A stretch of 21,995 bases of DNA from Nitrospirota bacterium (GTDB taxonomy: Bacteria; Nitrospirota; Thermodesulfovibrionia; Thermodesulfovibrionales; Dissulfurispiraceae), in contig JBFLWF010000034.1 of NCBI GenBank assembly GCA_040758355.1, positions 1 through 21,995 on the forward strand, given 5' to 3'. Numbering within the stretch: the first letter of the stretch is position 1; each line of letters starts with the position of its first letter. Of the stretch, positions 17,710-21,995 are shown piece by piece. The notes beneath the pieces were generated by a model. The model was not told the origin of the DNA. It did not search any database and saw only the letters and a program-made list of their open reading frames with translations. The position numbers were made by a program, and so were the translations under genes.

Positions 17710-18825
17710 ATGACAAAGGCTAAAATAAAAAAAGACCATCTAAAACTAATCTTTGACCGCCTGAAAACCTCCCACAAGATTATCGGCCCGAAGGTAGAGG
17801 GCAATGTTATAGTCCTTGCAGAAATTGCAGATTTTCACGACATCCCTGCCGGTTACAAAGAGCAGCAGGGTAGAGGCACTTACAAGCTCGGCAGCGGCAA
17901 AGAGCCTCAAGCCTTTTCATTTTCAGTAGGTCCTGACTCCTTCAAACGGTTCATTAGTCCTCCAGTCAGGGAAAATTTCGCTTTTAAAAAATCGAAAAAG
18001 GGAATATCAATAAATCAAAACTCCTCTCGGGTCAGGGAGATTTCAACGGCATTTATCGGTATGAGGGCATGCGACATAGCGGCATTAAGGCTCCTCGACA
18101 AGGTCTTTTTGGAAGGACCTGTAAAAGATGCCGGTTATGATTCATTGAGGAGAAACTCTCTAATAGTCGGCATCAATTGCCTGTATCCAGGTGATAATTG
18201 TTTCTGCAGTTCCATGGATGCCGGACCCGAGATAAGGGATGGCTTCGATATGGCTGTCACAGAGCTTGATGATTCGTTCCTCCTTGAAATAGGGACAGCC
18301 AGGGGGAGAGAGATACTAAATGGTCTGCCGATAGATGAAGTTAGTGATAAAGACTTGAGTGAAAAAGTTTCGAAAATAGAGAACTGCAAAAAGATGATAA
18401 AGAAATCAATCAAAGTCAGCGAGCTGCCCTATCTCATCTACAGAAACCTCGAACATCCGCGATGGGCCGATGTTGCCGGACGATGTCTTGCGTGCGGCAA
18501 CTGCACACAGGTTTGCCCCACATGCTTCTGCAATTCAAGCTATGACAATCTCCAGTTGTCAGGCATCTCAAAAAAATTACCCGAACTCTCAGGCGCAAGG
18601 ATAAGGACATGGGATTCGTGTTTTTCCACAAATTTCGCGCGGGTGCATGGAGGCAACTTCAGGCCTTCGAGGAGGGCGAGATACAGGCAATGGATGTCCC
18701 ATAAACTGGCATACTGGATAGACCAGTTCGGTTCGCCGGGATGTGTTGGCTGCGGAAGGTGCATCACGTGGTGTCCGGTAGGAATCGACATCACACAGGA
18801 ACTGGAGGCATTGCATGCACGATAA
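17710..18825 (+). CDS. Group 3b [NiFe]-hydrogenase (sulfhydrogenase) beta subunit, Fe-S protein (AsrA-like)
   Basis: GMRACD, C....NCFC, CLACGNCTQVCPTCFC, RYRQWMSHKL, GCVGCGRCITWCPVGID. Confidence 0.9.
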   Translation: MTKAKIKKDHLKLIFDRLKTSHKIIGPKVEGNVIVLAEIADFHDIPAGYKEQQGRGTYKLGSGKEPQAFSFSVGPDSFKRFISPPVRENFAFKKSKKGISINQNSSRVREISTAFIGMRACDIAALRLLDKVFLEGPVKDAGYDSLRRNSLIVGINCLYPGDNCFCSSMDAGPEIRDGFDMAVTELDDSFLLEIGTARGREILNGLPIDEVSDKDLSEKVSKIENCKKMIKKSIKVSELPYLIYRNLEHPRWADVAGRCLACGNCTQVCPTCFCNSSYDNLQLSGISKKLPELSGARIRTWDSCFSTNFARVHGGNFRPSRRARYRQWMSHKLAYWIDQFGSPGCVGCGRCITWCPVGIDITQELEALHAR

Positions 18826-19669
18826 ATCTATACCTTTTGAGGCAACAATAAGGTGGATAAAAAAAGAGACCAGGGATACTGCTACCTATGCCCTGAAAAT
18901 AAACAGCAGAGAGATACAGAGGACTTATACCTTTAAGCCCGGACAGTTCAATATGCTATATATACCGGGCATAGGCGAAGCCCCCATATCCATAAGCTCC
19001 GCACCCACAGACCATGAGATCATGCATACAATCAGGATCGCCGGTGATGTCACCACTTATATATCGAGACTGAATGCTGGCGATGTCATAGGAGTAAGAG
19101 GTCCCTTTGGCAGCAGTTGGCCGCTTGAGGAGATAGAGGACAGGGACCTGATGATAATCGCCGGAGGAGTAGGCATTGCGCCGTTGAGGTCTGTCATAAG
19201 ACATATACTTATGAGTGGAAGGGGGAAAAAGTCTCCCTCACGGACTCCCATCGGGAAAAAGTTTATCCTTTACGGTGCAAAAACGCCAAAGGACATGATA
19301 TTCAGGGACGAATTCCCGAGATACATGGATGCCTTTCAGGTATTTCTCACTGTGGACAAGGCAGACCCGGAGGAATACTGGAGGGGTGAAGTCGGTCTCA
19401 TAACAGGGCTTTTGAATAAAGTCTCTTTCAATCCCCTTAACACAGTGGTCTTTACATGCGGGCCTGAAGTGATGATGCAGAGCATGACAAAGGATCTGAT
19501 ATTGAGGGGTGTGCCGGGAGAGAAGATATTCATATCAATGGAAAGGAACATGAATTGCGGCATGGGTGTCTGCGGGCATTGCATGTTCGGACCGAAGTTT
19601 GTTTGCAAAGACGGCCCTGTATTCAGGTTTACGGATATAGAGGGATTTCTTGGAATAAAAGAAATTTAG
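18815..19669 (+). CDS. Group 3b hydrogenase gamma subunit, FAD/NAD(P)-binding with [2Fe-2S]
   Basis: FKPGQFNML..PG.GEAPISISS, GVRGPFG, IAGGVGIAPLRS, CGPEVMM, ERNMNCGMGVCGHC, VCKDGPVF. Confidence 0.92.
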   Translation: MHDKSIPFEATIRWIKKETRDTATYALKINSREIQRTYTFKPGQFNMLYIPGIGEAPISISSAPTDHEIMHTIRIAGDVTTYISRLNAGDVIGVRGPFGSSWPLEEIEDRDLMIIAGGVGIAPLRSVIRHILMSGRGKKSPSRTPIGKKFILYGAKTPKDMIFRDEFPRYMDAFQVFLTVDKADPEEYWRGEVGLITGLLNKVSFNPLNTVVFTCGPEVMMQSMTKDLILRGVPGEKIFISMERNMNCGMGVCGHCMFGPKFVCKDGPVFRFTDIEGFLGIKEI

Positions 19670-19675
19670 AAAGGA

Positions 19676-19702
19676 CTCCAAAAAGTCGAAGACCTTTTGG
19701 AG
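19676..19702. repeat. Inverted repeat, 12-bp arms (one mismatch) with C-GAA-G loop
   Basis: CTCCAAAAAGTC-GAA-GACCTTTTGGAG between the gamma and delta genes. Confidence 0.85.
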
Positions 19703-19713
19703 AAGCAAGAGAT

Positions 19714-20478
19714 ATGAAAAGGCCGAGGATAGGCGTATTCAAGTTCACATCATGCGATGGATGTCAGCTCACCATCCTGAATATGGAGGACGAGATTTTA
19801 GACATCCTCGAACTCTTCGATATTGCCTATTTCCGCGAGGCCACGGATAAGCCACTCAGGGGACAATTCGATATATCCATTGTGGAAGGCTCGATATCCA
19901 CAGACTGGCAGAAGGAAGATATTGTTGATATAAGGGAAAGATCACGGCATCTGATCACCATCGGCGCATGCGCCACATCAGGCGGATTACAGGCATTGAG
20001 GAACTGGGCAAGTCTCTCATCATATAAAAAATACGTATATCCATCGCCTGATATAATCACTGCCCTTTCAACATCGACTCCCATATCCGATCATGTATAT
20101 GTGGATTACGAACTGTGGGGATGTCCTATAAATAAGGATGCCCTTTCAGAGACACTTATATCATTCCTGACAGGCAAAAGACCCGGGATACCAAGATATA
20201 GTCTTTGCATGGAATGCAAAAGGCATGGCATACCATGCATCCTTGTTTCAAGTGGAGAGCCGTGTCTCGGCCCGATTACAAAGGCAGGATGCGGCGCCTT
20301 GTGCACTTCCTTTGGAAGGCCCTGCTACGGCTGTTTCGGTCCAAAGGACGATGCAAATATAGAATCCCTTATGAGATATTTCCAGAATATGGGGTTAACA
20401 CAGAAGGATTGCATATCTCTGCTGGACAAGATGAACTCCTATGCATACAGGAAGGTGCGAATTGAAGGCAGCAAGTAA
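19714..20478 (+). CDS. Group 3b hydrogenase delta (small) subunit
   Basis: FKFTSCDGCQL, VEGSIST, IGACATSGGLQALRN, GCP, CMECK, PCLGPIT.AGCGALC, CYGCFGP. Start at ATG 19714; the track start at 19555 overlaps gamma. Confidence 0.92.
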   Translation: MKRPRIGVFKFTSCDGCQLTILNMEDEILDILELFDIAYFREATDKPLRGQFDISIVEGSISTDWQKEDIVDIRERSRHLITIGACATSGGLQALRNWASLSSYKKYVYPSPDIITALSTSTPISDHVYVDYELWGCPINKDALSETLISFLTGKRPGIPRYSLCMECKRHGIPCILVSSGEPCLGPITKAGCGALCTSFGRPCYGCFGPKDDANIESLMRYFQNMGLTQKDCISLLDKMNSYAYRKVRIEGSK

Positions 20479-21754
20479 AATTATAAAGGTTGATTATCTA
20501 TCGAGGGTTGAGGGAGAAGGCGGCCTCGTCATCGAGATAAAGGACGGCAGGACAGCAAGGCTCCGTGTAAATATATTCGAGGCGCCCAGGTTCTTCGAAT
20601 CCTTCCTGCGAGGAAGGCCTTATTCAGATGTGATGGACTTTACGGCAAGGATCTGCGGCATATGTCCTGTGGCATACCAGATGAGCTCTGTCCATGCGAT
20701 AGAAAAGATATTCGGCATCGAAGTCGAAAAACCGATCCGCGAGTTAAGAAGGTTATTGTATTGCGGTGAATGGATCGAGAGCCATGCCCTCCATATATAT
20801 CTACTGAACGGGCCTGATTTCTTCGGCATCGAAAGCGCATGGGCTGCAAAGGAATACCTTCCCATTGCAAAAAAGGGACTGACCTTCAAAAAGCTCGGAA
20901 ACGAGATACTGACCATACTCGGCGGAAGGTCTGTCCATCCCGTTTCAGTAAGGGTCGGCGGATTTTACAAGACACCCGGCAAGAAAGCACTTTCCGCACT
21001 CCTGCCCGATCTCGAAAGGGCATATGAAGAATCCCTCAAAGAAATCAAATGGGCAGCGGGTCTGAAGTTCAACGATAATTCATGGGACACGGAATATGTT
21101 TCACTCACCCATCAGGATGAGTATCCAATGAATCACGGATCTGTGGCATCAAATAAAGGATTGATCATGCCCATGGAAAAATTCATTGAAAGCGTTCAGG
21201 AATACCAGGTCGAATATTCAACAGCGCTCCATTCCGGTATTAAAAGGGACTCTTCTGTGAGCCCATACATAGTCGGCCCTGCATCGAGGCTTAACCTGAA
21301 TCATGACAGGCTGCCGTCAGAGATTAAAAACGTAATTAAAGAATCCGGCATATCGCTGCCCATAACTAATACGCAGATGGGCATGGTAGCGAGGTCGGTG
21401 GAATTGGCATATGCATTTTACGAGGCAATAAGGATAATTAATGGATACGATGAGCCTGATAAGCCTTTCGTTGATTTTGAAATAGAGGCTGGTGAGGCTG
21501 TATGGATAACAGAAGCGCCCCGCGGCATTCTCATTCATAGGTATGAACTCGACGATGCCGGCCATGTGAAAAGCTGCACCATTATTCCGCCCACATCCCA
21601 GAACTTCGGGCATATGGAAGCGGACATATACCGTTTCCTCCAGAATAATGCAGATAAGTCAGAAGACTTCATCAAAAAAGAGAGCGAAAAAATCATAAGA
21701 AGCTATGACCCGTGCATATCGTGCTCTGTGCATGTGGTGAAAATTGAAAAATAA
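20462..21754 (+). CDS. Group 3b [NiFe]-hydrogenase alpha (large) subunit
   Basis: SRVEGEG, EAPRFFE, L1 motif RICGICP, EAPRGIL.H, PPTSQN, L2 motif DPCISCSVH plus a 6-aa tail. TTG at 20462 follows AGGTG; alternative ATG at 20441. Confidence 0.94.
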   Translation: MKAASKIIKVDYLSRVEGEGGLVIEIKDGRTARLRVNIFEAPRFFESFLRGRPYSDVMDFTARICGICPVAYQMSSVHAIEKIFGIEVEKPIRELRRLLYCGEWIESHALHIYLLNGPDFFGIESAWAAKEYLPIAKKGLTFKKLGNEILTILGGRSVHPVSVRVGGFYKTPGKKALSALLPDLERAYEESLKEIKWAAGLKFNDNSWDTEYVSLTHQDEYPMNHGSVASNKGLIMPMEKFIESVQEYQVEYSTALHSGIKRDSSVSPYIVGPASRLNLNHDRLPSEIKNVIKESGISLPITNTQMGMVARSVELAYAFYEAIRIINGYDEPDKPFVDFEIEAGEAVWITEAPRGILIHRYELDDAGHVKSCTIIPPTSQNFGHMEADIYRFLQNNADKSEDFIKKESEKIIRSYDPCISCSVHVVKIEK

Positions 21755-21758
21755 ATAA

Positions 21759-21788
21759 AAGAGGCGAAGGCAATTGCCTTCGCCTCTT
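21759..21788. terminator. Terminator between convergent genes, probably bidirectional
   Basis: Perfect 30-bp palindrome AAGAGGCGAAGGCAATTGCCTTCGCCTCTT with a long T tract on the minus strand. Confidence 0.85.
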
Positions 21789-21810
21789 CCCTGTGTGTAT
21801 CTGTTATTCT

Positions 21811-21995
21811 TTATTCTGCTCTAACTGCAGCCTCAACAGGTTTTTTGACCTCTTTGGGCGCTGTCAAAGCCTCCACAAGATAACCCATCGCAGTTCCAGC
21901 TATAGACCCAACCACTATGCTCACCGATGCTATGCATACTATTCCGAGGAGTATTCCCACTGCAACTATCATCCTCACTATCACCGTTGGCTCAA
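21811..21995 (-). CDS. 3' end of a small membrane protein, truncated by the window edge and absent from the ORF track
   Basis: Open frame ...EPTVIVRMIVAVGILLGIVCIASVSIVVGSIAGTAMGYLVEALTAPKEVKKPVEAAVRAE* ending at TAA 21813-21811, followed by the terminator. Confidence 0.75.
   Translation of the reverse strand, partial: EPTVIVRMIVAVGILLGIVCIASVSIVVGSIAGTAMGYLVEALTAPKEVKKPVEAAVRAE

Noticed and set aside
19213..19260. Basic insertion SGRGKKSPSRTPIG in the gamma subunit with a weak hairpin
   Set aside because: The stem is short and imperfect and cannot be distinguished from chance without alignments.
21700..21754. Selenocysteine-containing [NiFeSe] large subunit
   Set aside because: The L2 motif uses Cys codons and has no in-frame TGA.
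1..21995. CRISPR array, transposase, integrase or defence genes
   Set aside because: No repeat-spacer periodicity and no matching protein motifs seen.

Overview
Bacterial chromosomal window made up mostly of housekeeping genes. Gene content and protein style suggest an anaerobic Nitrospirota (Thermodesulfovibrionia-like) or Desulfobacterota organism; this is inference, not a search result. In order: a degraded LuxR-type regulator; a minus-strand operon of thiamine-binding (MTH1187) protein, tandem USP protein and CaCA antiporter; HU; rel; murA; mutL; a lone 2-oxoacid:ferredoxin oxidoreductase alpha (VorB-like) subunit; infB-rbfA-nrnA without the usual upstream rimP-nusA; rpmB; a DUF721/DciA-like gene; tig-clpP-clpX; a four-gene group 3b [NiFe]-hydrogenase (sulfhydrogenase-type) operon; and the 3' end of a small membrane protein gene. 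I saw no RNA gene, CRISPR array or transposase. The unusual signal is sub-genic. (1) At least eight short 7-mer or 8-mer tandem-repeat tracts sit inside conserved genes or at their ends, with units recurring between loci; one tract supplies a stop codon and another an SD plus start codon. (2) Two 27-bp C-GAA-G hairpins lie just upstream of start codons. (3) All four divergent gene junctions carry back-to-back or overlapping sigma70-type -10 elements, and two of them predict leaderless mRNAs in both directions.
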